A DNA stretch of 64,000 bases, taken from the NCBI RefSeq assembly GCF_009914755.1, contig NC_060927.1; one strand, given 5' to 3'. Positions within the stretch are counted from its first letter, which is position 1. Each line of letters begins with the position of its first letter. The translations under genes and the position numbers were made by a program. Shown in pieces: positions 53,740 through 64,000 of this stretch. The notes under the pieces are model-generated. The model saw only the letters and a program-made list of their open reading frames with translations, was not told where the DNA came from and ran no database searches. The stretch comes from the human T2T-CHM13v2.0 reference genome, Homo sapiens.

Positions 53740-54960
53740 CATGTGTTCATGGATTTCACAAAGATGCAGTAGACGCTGTGCTGGGGAAACAGGGAGAAAC
53801 GACACACAGATGCCTGCCCTCACAGAGCCTATCTAGGGAGTGGAGGAGACGTGGTTCTCAGGATGAATCAGATCCTTGGGCTATATGCCCCTAAAGGACA
53901 CCCTGCATTTTTTACTTGCGTTTGATGGTGATTAATTTTTTAGCCTGACTTATTTCCTGCTGGATTATCAGTTCAGAACACATGACTAGAACAGAGAAAA
54001 AGGTTCTCAATATACACTCATTTATGGAATGACGAGTGAAAGAATTCAGGACCACACAGTCAGTACTCTGAAGGAAATATAAAGCGTCATGGAAACATGT
54101 ACAAGGGCTGCCTAAGCTAGGGTTAAGGGAGGTCATGTAAGGCTTCCTGGAGGAAGAGTAGTAAAGGATAGATTGGGAAGGAGCCAGGTCAAGGAGAACA
54201 CAAGGAAAAGAACAATTAAACAAGAATGTGATAGAAGTAGAGAGGCAGAGAGATAGAGGTACAAGACATAGAAATGGCCCAGGGGAGGAAGTGACCACCT
54301 CTTTTGGGGGAGTAGGGGAAAGTGCTGCTGGAAGCCACCTGATGTTGAAGGATGAATAGCAATCTGTCAGCTTGACAAGGGAAAGAAAGCCACAGGCATA
54401 TCTTGTTAAGTTTTCTATTTACTCCTCACTTGGGTTTTGGCTTGATTGTTGCTTTCCTGAACATTCAAGTCTGGGCTAGAGGCTTCCTACAAGTTCCCAT
54501 CACGATCCCTCTTATCAATATGTTGCCCCGTGGTTGTATTTATTTTCATATTTGCCTGTCTTACCACTGGATTGAGAGTTCTAGGAAAAAGAGACCATTA
54601 CTATCATTTGCCATTTTGACACTACCATCTGGCATGGCTCTGGGGGAACATTGGGGGTTTAATAAATATTTTCTAAGTGAATTAATACATACATTTCAGG
54701 AAGAGGAGCAGCTTGGAAGCCTCAATTAGCATGGCCTGGAGAGGGAGCCATGTGGGAGAGAAAAATGATAACAGATGACTCAGAAAGATTATGAAAAGCA
54801 CTGAAGCCATGTCACAAAGCTTGGTGTTTATCTGTTGTGTGATTGGGAGTCATGAAAACATTTAACTCCAGGAGTCACTTGGCCAGATACATTTTAGTCA
54901 GCTCACCATGGTCACAGTGCAGATGGCAAGGTGGTGAGGGTTGAGAATAGAGGTGGGGAG
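53740..54960. mobile_element. Cluster of L2 fragments in both orientations
   Basis: ctgtgctggggaaacagggag...cctgccctcacagagcct; agggaggtcatgtaaggcttcctggaggaag; ggcatggctc...ttaataaatatttt...gtgaattaat; gattgggagtcatgaaaac. Confidence 0.65.
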
Positions 54961-55399
54961 ACAAGCTCAACGACTTGAGTATTCTCACTTTTACGGAAGA
55001 TTAAATGTAGCAATACATCAATTGCCCACTCACTGTAAGCCAAGCTCATCATACTGTCAGCATATACAGACAGCCCATACGGAAGGTATATCAGGGCAGT
55101 AAGGTAAATGAGGCTTGACCAAATTGGCAAAAGCAGGTAGAGAAAATACAAAAGGAAATATATTTAAAAGCATAAAATAACATATCAGAAAAAGATCTCT
55201 AATATAGGTGTCATCATAGTAAACTACAAAGTTTCTGAGATTGGGTGAGGAAAAAAAAATGCTAGTTCCTAGATATTTTCTGTAAGGAAAAGGTCAAAGA
55301 TAAATAGAAAATAAATAAATGGGCAAACAGACAAATCAAAGAAGAAAAGGAAATCAAATTTGAAATGTAAAATTAATATGAAATAAACAAACTAGAATT

Positions 55400-56400
55400 C
55401 AAGGCAAAGAAAAGACAGTAATGAGAGGTGATAACTAGTGGGGTGGAGTCCCTGAGAAAGAAGAAGGAGTTGGGATCCATAAGATAAGTGGAAAAATAAG
55501 CATTGAATAGAAAGGACACCCTTCCACAGTGGCAGGAAGAAAGGAAGAGAAGATGGTACTGTTTTAATTTATGTTCTCTTTGAAGCAGGCTCTGAAACAA
55601 GGATTTGAAGGCAGGTAGTTTGATGATTTTTTGAGATGTGAGATTGGAAAGGGAAGGTGATAAAGGACATATAATCAAGTCAGTGCTAGTGTGGGTAACT
55701 GAAGCTGGAATTCCCCTGGGACTCGAGCCAGTGTGGAATGCACACCTACCTGAGAGTGAGGGAGATGGGGTGTTTCCATACCATAGAGAGTCATCAAACA
55801 TCTAGAAGCCCCAGGGAAAACGGGCAGGGCACCAATTGTGTCTGCTATGGGTCAGATAGTAGATATGGCAAGAAGTAGAGAGGGTTATAGTTTGTCTTGC
55901 TTTATTTTCTTTTTGAAGCAGGAGGCACTATTACCTGCTGAGGTTAAAGGAAGAGGACGTAGGACCTGAGGTTGAGAAAAGTGGGGCAGGTTTGAAATGC
56001 ACACATTGGAGAAAACTGACTAGAAAACAGAGGACTGTTGAGGGTCTATGAGGGACTAGAGACAAAGAATTTACACTGTGTCAGTCTCTATAGTTTGTTA
56101 ATTTCCCCAGCACAGCTCAGCACCTCGGTTATAGGTGATGAGCAGCCAGATAGTCAGATTTATAAGGATGTGGGTTTTTGTCAGGCAGGTGCAATGAAAG
56201 GACAGTGAATCAATGGACTTGAGAATAAAGCAAGAGAACCTTCTAAATGGTGAACCACATCATCTAGCCACCCTGACCCTCCTGGATAAGGAAGGAATTG
56301 AAGACAGACATTAGACAGAAGAGAAGGGAAAGAGTTTGAAGTCAGAGTATGTGGGGAGAATGTACAAAATCTGCAAGAGTGAGATTCTAGCTCGTGGAGA
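55400..56400 (-). mobile_element. L2 5'-proximal remnant interrupted by an LTR
   Basis: aatagaaaggacacccttcc...; tgctttattttctttttgaagcaggaggc...acctgctgagg; gggtttttgtcaggcaggtgcaatgaagg. Confidence 0.55.
55560..55848 (-). mobile_element. LTR33-like (ERVL) LTR, internally deleted
   Basis: gaagcaggctctgaaacaaggatttgaaggcaggtagttt...gtgtgggtaactgaagct...gagggagatggggtgttt...gggcagggcaccaattgtgtctgcta. Confidence 0.65.
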
Positions 56401-56574
56401 TTAATGACCAGATCTTACACATATAGATATATTTGGAATTAAATAAGGCATACCTTCACCCAGGTTCTGTTGTGTGCATGTTCAGTTCTATTTTTCATGG
56501 CAGCATTGCTATCTTGTTGTATTTTTACCCCATCAACATTTTCTTCTGCTCCATCTAAAAGTCTATGTCTATCT

Positions 56575-57709
56575 TTTTATTTTATTTTAGTTCCAGGGTA
56601 CATGTGCAGGATGTGCAAGTTTGTTACATAGGTACATCCCTGTCCTGGTGGTTTGCTGAACCTGTCAACTCATCATCTAAGTATTAAGCCCCGCATGCAT
56701 TAGCTATTTTTCCTGATGCTCTCCCTACCCCTGCCCACCCCCAACAGGCCCCAGTGTGTGTTGTTACCCTCCCTGTATTCATGTATTCTCATTGTTCAAC
56801 ACCTACTTATGAGTGAGAACATGTGGTGTTTGGTTTTCTGTTCCTGCATTAGTTTGCCAAGGATGATGGCTTCCAGCTCCACCCATGCACCAGCAAAGGA
56901 CATCTCATTCCTTTTTATGGCTGCATAGTATTCCATGGTATATATATACCAGATTTTCTTTATCCAGTCTATCGTTGATGGGCATTTGGGTTGACTCTGT
57001 GTCTTTGCTATTGTGAATAGTGCTGCAATGAACATATATGTGCATGTATGTTTATAAAAGAATAATTTATATTCCTTTGGGTGTATACCCAGTAATGGGA
57101 TTGCTGGGTCAAATGGTATTTCTGGATCTAGGTCTTTGAGGAATCACCACACTGTCTTCCTCAATGGTTGAACTAATTTGCATTCCCACCAACAGTGTAA
57201 AAGTGTTCTGATTTTTCTGCAGCCTCACCAGCATCTGTTGTTTCTTGACTTTTTAATAATGGTCATTCTAACTGGCATGAAATGGTATCTCATTGTGCTT
57301 TGATTTGCTTTTCTCTAATGATCAGTGATGTTGAGCTTTTTGTCATATGTTTGTAGGCTGCATAAATGTCTTCTTTTGAGAAGTGTCTGTTCATGTCCTT
57401 TGCCCACTTTTTAATGGGGTTGTTTATTGTTTCTTCTTGTAAATTTGTTTAAATTGCTTGTAGACTCTGGATATTAGACCTTTGTCAAATGGATAGATTG
57501 CAAAAATTTTCTCCTGTTCTGTAGGTTGTCTGTTCACTCTGATGATAGTTTCTTTTGCTGTGCAGCTCTCTAGTTTATTTCCATTTGTCAATTTTTGTTT
57601 TTGTTGGAATTGCTTTTGATGTTTTTGTCAGGAAGTCTTTGCCTGTGCCATGTCGTGAATGGTATTGCCTAGATTTTCTTCTAGGGTTTTTATAGTTTTG
57701 GGTTTTACA
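56575..57709 (-). mobile_element. 5'-truncated L1PA (about L1PA10-13), ~1.1 kb
   Basis: gggtacatgtgcaggatgtgcaagtttgttacatagg...gtattaagccccgcatgcattagcta; the ORF at 56796-57035 (MFIAALFTIAKT...WYIYTMEYYAAIKRNE) is the L1 ORF2p C-terminus; candidate degenerate TSD tc(t/a)atgtct(a/g)tctt. Confidence 0.95.
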
Positions 57710-58617
57710 TCAATGTCTGTCTTGCATATTTTTTTTAAAATTGAAGTTTATACTTGAAAGTTTGTGATATCCACAGTGTCCTAAATGCATGCAATTTATA
57801 TAAGCAGTGTAAATTTAAGAAGGATTGGTCTTTTATTCAGGGGGATTAGTGGCTGCTGTGTTGCTCTTCCAATTGACCCATTGGAACCACATGAAAACAG
57901 TGGATTTTCAGTTACCTCTGCTAAGAGAAGGGAACTGTGAAATCGAAAATCTAATTGTATTTTTGTTTGTCTTTGGAATGCACTTTCTATTTCTATTTGA
58001 ATCTGGGTGTCACAGGCATAACATGTCAGTGGAAAATCAAGAGTCATCTACAGTTAATAAAATATGTAGGAACAATATAAAGATTTAGTACCCCATCTCA
58101 GGGTAGCATTCGGTTAAGCTTTTAGATTGCCATAATAAATTAATCATTCTGCATGGCACCAGTGGGAGAAATTCCACTCTGACCCCATCAAAGTGATGCG
58201 TCCCACTTGCACCTTACTCTAGCAGGACTGGTGGCCCTTGTAATCTTGTCCCAGAAAACGAGACTGCTGATATTATTTTTTTTTATTTCACATTTAAAAA
58301 AATTCTGCTAAGCTTCTTTTGCTACAGTCATTTGCTGCCACTGGGATTTTTGCAGAAGGTTAGTAGTACTAATAAAATGAAGGGCAAAGCACCAAAGAGA
58401 ATCTTGAAGGAATAGTCTGTAATTCTTTATTTGGTCAGGGCGAAAGACCCTGCAAGGTATTACAATCTCCATTTTGGGGTCAAGGCCACCTTCAACCTTC
58501 CAAATTTTTCTTCATCCTCTAGGACCAGTATTTATTGTCTCTCTTCCTGTCACTCCAAGGCTTCTCACTGTACTGGGACCTCATAGAGTTCATTCCTACA
58601 ACATCCCAACCCACTGC

Positions 58618-58790
58618 TTAGACAAGTTGTCATCTCGGCTGCCATTACAGTCACAGGGGGAGCTTTTAAAACATACCTGTGCCTGGGCCTTTCCTCAGAC
58701 CAATCAAACCAGAATCTATTGCTTTGGAGCAATACATCAGCTTCCTAGGTGGTCCTCTTAATTGGGCCACAGTTGAAGATCACTGGCCTG
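58618..58790. mobile_element. MER5-family remnant
   Basis: ggctgccattacagtcacagggggagcttttaaaacatacctgtgcctggg...cagaccaatcaaaccagaatct...gttgaagatcactg. Confidence 0.7.
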
Positions 58791-59310
58791 GATAAGGAGC
58801 TCCAAATTCTGGCTTCCTGTGCAGCTGAAAGGTGGCCTGGCTCCCCACCTAAGTTACTTGCTCATCCAATGACTGAGTCCACTGGAGGCTTTGAGTACCT
58901 GGGAACATTTTTCTTCCCAGGCAGCTGCAGCAAGCACAGCCAGAGAGCAGGGCAGATGCCACTTTTGATGACCAATGCAAGAAGCAAGGGGCAGGTGAGG
59001 TATTTGTTTTTCACTTAGATTTCATCCCAAGTTAAAATTCAGAATTTTGAATAATGTTTGAATGTTTTAGTCTATTCATCATTCTTCATGTGTCACTTCA
59101 GAATAATCCATAATAAATAATACATTTTTCTAAGCTTTGTTAAGACAGGTATGTAGTTAGAATTGATACATTCCAATGTCGACTGTGGCTTTCACTGTGA
59201 GTTCTGAAAAAGTCGTTTATGTTCTTGTGGAACTTCTGCTACTTCATATATTATCTCTTTGGAGATAATAAGGAAAGTAGCATTTAGTGAGCACCTGTTG
59301 TATGCTTGTA

Positions 59311-59352
59311 CTAGTACTATTTGTCTAGTACTATTGTCTAGTACTATTCTAG
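59311..59352. repeat. ~13-bp tandem repeat, 3 copies, within a MIR fragment
   Basis: ctagtactatttgt / ctagtactattgt / ctagtactatt. Confidence 0.85.
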
Positions 59353-59392
59353 ACACTGACATATACTATTGAAATCATTGACAGTGTAGGCT

Positions 59393-59698
<306 letters not shown>

Positions 59699-59699
59699 C

Positions 59700-59975
59700 C
59701 AGGACAGACTATGTCATCAGACTACCTGGACTCATCCTGGCTCAGCCACTTACCAGCAAATAAACTCAAATCACAGATTGGTCGTGGGTTTTAAACAAGA
59801 TAATGTCTATAAAGGGTATAGCACTGTGCTTGGAACGATGTAAATTCTCAAAAAAAAAAGTGTTAATTTGCATCATTGTGATTTTTTTTTTTTTTTTTTT
59901 GGTTCTCACAATACCGTGAGTAGGTATCATTATCCATTTTAGAGATAAACAAGTCTCAAAATGAACTAATTATCC
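59700..59975. mobile_element. MIR fragments
   Basis: cagactacctggactcatcctggctcagccacttaccagc...gataatgtctataaagggtatagcactgtgcttgg; tctcacaataccgtgagtaggtatcattatccattttagaga. Confidence 0.75.
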
Positions 59976-60729
59976 ATGGGCATAATCAATCTCAGGCGTG
60001 TTGGAAGGAAGATGAAAAACTTACCTTTCAGAATTGTTGGAAAATAAAATAAATAATTTCAGAATGTGTTACTTAGCCTGGGAGATAGTTAATCTGCAAA
60101 GCTGGACTCTGTTTTGATATTGGAGAGACAGTGATGAACAAGACAGACAGCCCTGTCCTTGCCAAGCGGACCTTAAAATCTCCATCTGACTTTGACACTA
60201 TCACGAAGTGTGCACACAGGCCTTTTGATGGCACAGTCTTCACCACAGATGTATACTCTTTCCGAGTTAACAGAAAGTTCTACTCTCTTATCGTAAGCAG
60301 TCCTGAGGTTTGGGCCAATCACAAAATAATGAAAAATGGAGCATCACCAGACGAGATCTTTGCTCTCCAGGAGTGCCCTCTGGGAACATTTCCCTCGTTT
60401 CCCACAGCCAGGGCCCCTGGTGCCAGCAGGAAGAGAAATGGACGCCATCAGTGCTTTAAGATGGCAAATGCAAGCTTTATTCTACCATCATAACTCCCTG
60501 GATCGATGCTGACCTCCCAGCCACCCTCCAAAATGTTCTCCCATTGTGTATTCAGGTGTGGTGGCTGGTGAGTACCCAGACCACAAACTTACATAAAGGC
60601 TAGGAATGGATTCATTTAGATTAACTTATTTCCAAGCAATGAATTAATTAAGAAAAAAGCAACTGCAGGCAATACATGAATACATTGGACATTACTTCTC
60701 TGCTCATCACTTCTCCTCTGCTGGTTCTT

Positions 60730-60825
60730 GAATTCAATCATTCATATAACATTTCATAAGCACATCCTCTATGCCAGGTTTTATATAGTCTCTGGGGATA
60801 CAGAGTTCATCCTGAGATGTTGTTA
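60730..60825 (-). mobile_element. L2 terminal fragment
   Basis: ttcaatcattcatataacatttcataagcacatcctctatgccagg...ctggggatacagag. Confidence 0.6.
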
Positions 60826-63688
60826 ATCTCGAAACTGTCTCAAGAAGGCTTGCCTTGTGTATTTGAGAACAATCCAAAATACTGTTGAGATAAAAATATT
60901 TATATTTTTTGATGTCTCTAGTTACCTAAATTTCTGGATAACTTTGCATACAGCTTGTTAGGAAATGTCACTTCATTCCTGTACAATTGGGACTATGGTT
61001 ATAACATCATCACCTCTATGCCAAAGCATGGCTAGGAATACCAGCATTCTTACAATGGAAACTTGTCTTCAGGCCAGGCTGCCAGGAGCTGTTCTTTGCT
61101 TCTCCTGAACCATAATTAATTTATAGTCTATCATTTCAAAGGAGAATGACTCTGTAGAATTTGGACTAAGTGCAATCTCCCAAGATTGAAGATGTACCAA
61201 CATTGTTTTATGATTTACTATTGCTCCATTTTCTTCTTTAACATGTTAAATTGCATATAATTACTGCAAAGGGAAGAAATAGACTTAGAAATAGACTAAG
61301 AGTCAGTGCATAAAAAGAGAATCTATGCATAGTCCTATGGGTGATGCAAAAATATCCTGTCCACTTGATACAGCTATAAATTTTCTTTAGGAAAAGGACA
61401 TTACAGATTTTTTTAAGCCGAAATCATTAACAGTTGGTATCTATCAGACACAGATGAAATAAGCTAATCCTTATATGTAAATCTGTAAATCTACAGGGAA
61501 ACATGAAAACTGGGTAAATTTGAGTGTAATATGGTTGGGAACTTTTTAAATCTTTGGGTTTTTGTTAAATTATCCCTTATATATTCTCTCAGTTTTAATT
61601 TTTCTGTATTTTAAAAAATTCTTAGTCAAAAAGTACATGAATCATTTTATATTCCTCTTTGAGTTTTTATTAATGATATTCAATACTCTAAATATCATGA
61701 AGTTCATATATACCTCAAGAGGAAGAATTTGAAAGGACTGTTGCAATATATTTTTCATTCTTTTTTTACAACGTATTATCTTGTTTTCACTAAGAGAGTT
61801 TATTTGCCTTGCCATGGAATTAAAATTTATTTCCTTGCAGATTCTGACAGCTCTATAAGCACACACTGTGTTTTTTATGTACAGATAGAACAAGAGTTAC
61901 TCGAAATTATTACTGTTTGGGAGAGAACAATTCACTGAACCATCAAAAAATATATCCCTGCACAAAGATAAAGATTTGACATTAGCTTTTCACAGACAAA
62001 AGAAAGCATAAAAGAGGTCACATTGACTTTCAAACTTCTTGACGGTAGCATTTTTCCAGACTTCTTTTCATAGTAACTTACTGTGGAAAACCAAAAGATA
62101 AATAAAAAAGAAATAAAAATGTATATTTGAACACATACTATATTCCAGACACTATGAAAATAATTCGCGGGGAAAAAAAAGAATTTTCAATCTTAATAAT
62201 AGTTCCTATTTTAGAAGAAGATATTGAAAATATTTAAATTTGTTTTAAAAATCAGAAATTGCCATTTAGTCCTAGTGTCACATGGAAGGTGTCTAATTTT
62301 ATTCTAACACTGTGTTTTTTATCTACATTAACTACTGGATACATTTACTACAGGAGTTCTTCAAAAAGCAAAATTACTAGGGCATAACAATGCAGATTGT
62401 TTTAAAGGCCCTGGAAACTTTATTGTAAGAAATAATTTTAAACATTTAAATGTCAGCAGGAGAAAATATGAGGAATTTTGACCAAGACATTTAGGACAAA
62501 ATATTAAGAAAATGTAAACACTGCCTCCTTTTCATCTTTAAAATGTAGGAAGGGCTGTGACTTGTAGAAACTCTTGCTCATGAATGGATCTTCTAGTAAC
62601 AAGAATATTTTTTAAATAAATTTTGCTTCTGATTATAAAAGTAATAATATTTATTTCAATAATGTGGGCCAAAAAACTAAAACACGCAGAGAAGAAAACA
62701 TGTATCTAAAGACTTTTTGGCTTTATTTTATTTTAAATTTCCCTATCAGGCTCAAGATGCTAACTTAATCAGTTTGGGAGTGTCATGCCTACATCAGGAA
62801 ATTTAAGGAAATTAAGCCATTAATTTAAGTTACTACATATCATGAATTCTAAGATCCAAGTATGGAGAGTAGGTCATTGTTTCTAGGGGTAGATTTAGTG
62901 CACTGAAATTTCATTCCTGTTTTGCCCACACAGCCTCTAGAGAGCAATGTCAATCCTTGCAGTCTGCTTTATAACACAAAACTGCCTCTTCTAAACTTCA
63001 CATCCCCACCGTTCATCCTATTTCCAATGTCATTCCCTTGTCTTTAAACTGTACCAATCAGATTAATGGAGAAACAGAACAAAATGGTTCCAGACAGATT
63101 TGCCCTGAAACAAATCTTAAAACAAAATGGAGCTAACAGTATTCCTTGGCACTGAAATACATAAACCTTAAATCTAAGAAAGAAAGAAAATATCAAATAC
63201 CTGTACATCTCTATAAGCATCATGAGGAACTTTAATCAATCCCAGATGTTTAACCCTCAAAACCTCAAGCTATGCACAGGCATTAGAAGGTCAGCCTCCA
63301 ACTCCCCACAGGTTTTTCTGGGAGGCTCAGCCAGCCATCCCCATCCCAGCCTTTCCTAATGAAAGACTGGGCTACCCTCTGCCTCTGCCCTCCCAGCTGC
63401 AGACAGCCTGCCCTAGGATCCCTTCAACAGCAATCACATCTCATTGTTGCCCAGCTCTCTGCCCTGATCCAGAATTCTTAAAAGGGTTTGAGGGCTAAAA
63501 GTCAAGGATGGCTCTGTGCATGAGGTTGGAGACACTGCTCCTCAGATGACAAAAAACCTGAGATAAATCCTGATCTCAGGTGGGACTGAGAGAATTTGAG
63601 AGCAGGGAGGTGGCCCAGGAGAATGAAGGCAAACATATGGAGTTCTTCATCTAGACAGCCAGTTTGGGGGCAGAGATAGGTGCAAAGC

Positions 63689-63890
63689 TTTTTTAAAAAA
63701 TTTCATTTTTAGTTCCGGGATACATGTGCAGGATGTGCAGGTTTGTTACATAGGTAAACGTGAGCCATGGTGGTTTGCTGCATCTATCAACTCATCACTT
63801 AGGTATTAAGCACCACATGCATTAGCTATTTATCCTGATACTCTCCCTCTCACCGCCGCCCCCTCAACAGGCCCCAGTGTGTGTTGTTCC
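63689..63890 (-). mobile_element. 5'-truncated L1PA 3' end (~200 bp, L1PA10-13-like)
   Basis: gatacatgtgcaggatgtgcaggtttgttacataggtaaacgtg.gccatggtggtttgctgca...gcattagctatttatcctgat...caggccccagtgtgtgttgttcc. Confidence 0.93.
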
Positions 63891-64000
63891 GCTAAACAAT
63901 GGGAACACGAAGCTTATCATAAGGAAGGAAGGTTAGTGGGGAAGGCATTCAGCAGAGGGAAGAACATGGGCAGATTGTAAAGCAGGATGTTGTTACAAGC

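Noticed and set aside
56796-57035. ORF with real protein similarity (MFIAALFTIAK...)
   Set aside because: C-terminal fragment of L1 ORF2p in a 5'-truncated dead L1, not a host gene.

Overview
Primate, almost certainly human, non-coding euchromatic DNA (a near-consensus AluYa5 is present). It is either intergenic or deep intronic. I can support no protein-coding gene, RNA gene, CRISPR array or CpG island. The ORF track is explained by Alu/L1/L2/LTR remnants and chance ORFs, many with GTG/TTG starts. The window is a fossil bed of transposable elements: 8 full-length Alus (7 on +), about 10 L1 fragments, many L2 and MIR remnants, a complete MER50-type solo LTR with TSD, MLT2/MLT1/LTR33-type LTRs and hAT DNA-transposon remnants. 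The most notable observations are a very young, probably polymorphic AluYa5, an AluYe-type element nested in an L1PA 3' UTR, and two short non-tandem duplications (63 bp and 82 bp) copied from about 1.0-1.2 kb away, which look like templated-insertion repair scars. I found no evidence for a previously undescribed biological system. Subfamily names come from remembered consensus sequences and the boundaries of old repeats are approximate; RepeatMasker/Dfam would settle both.
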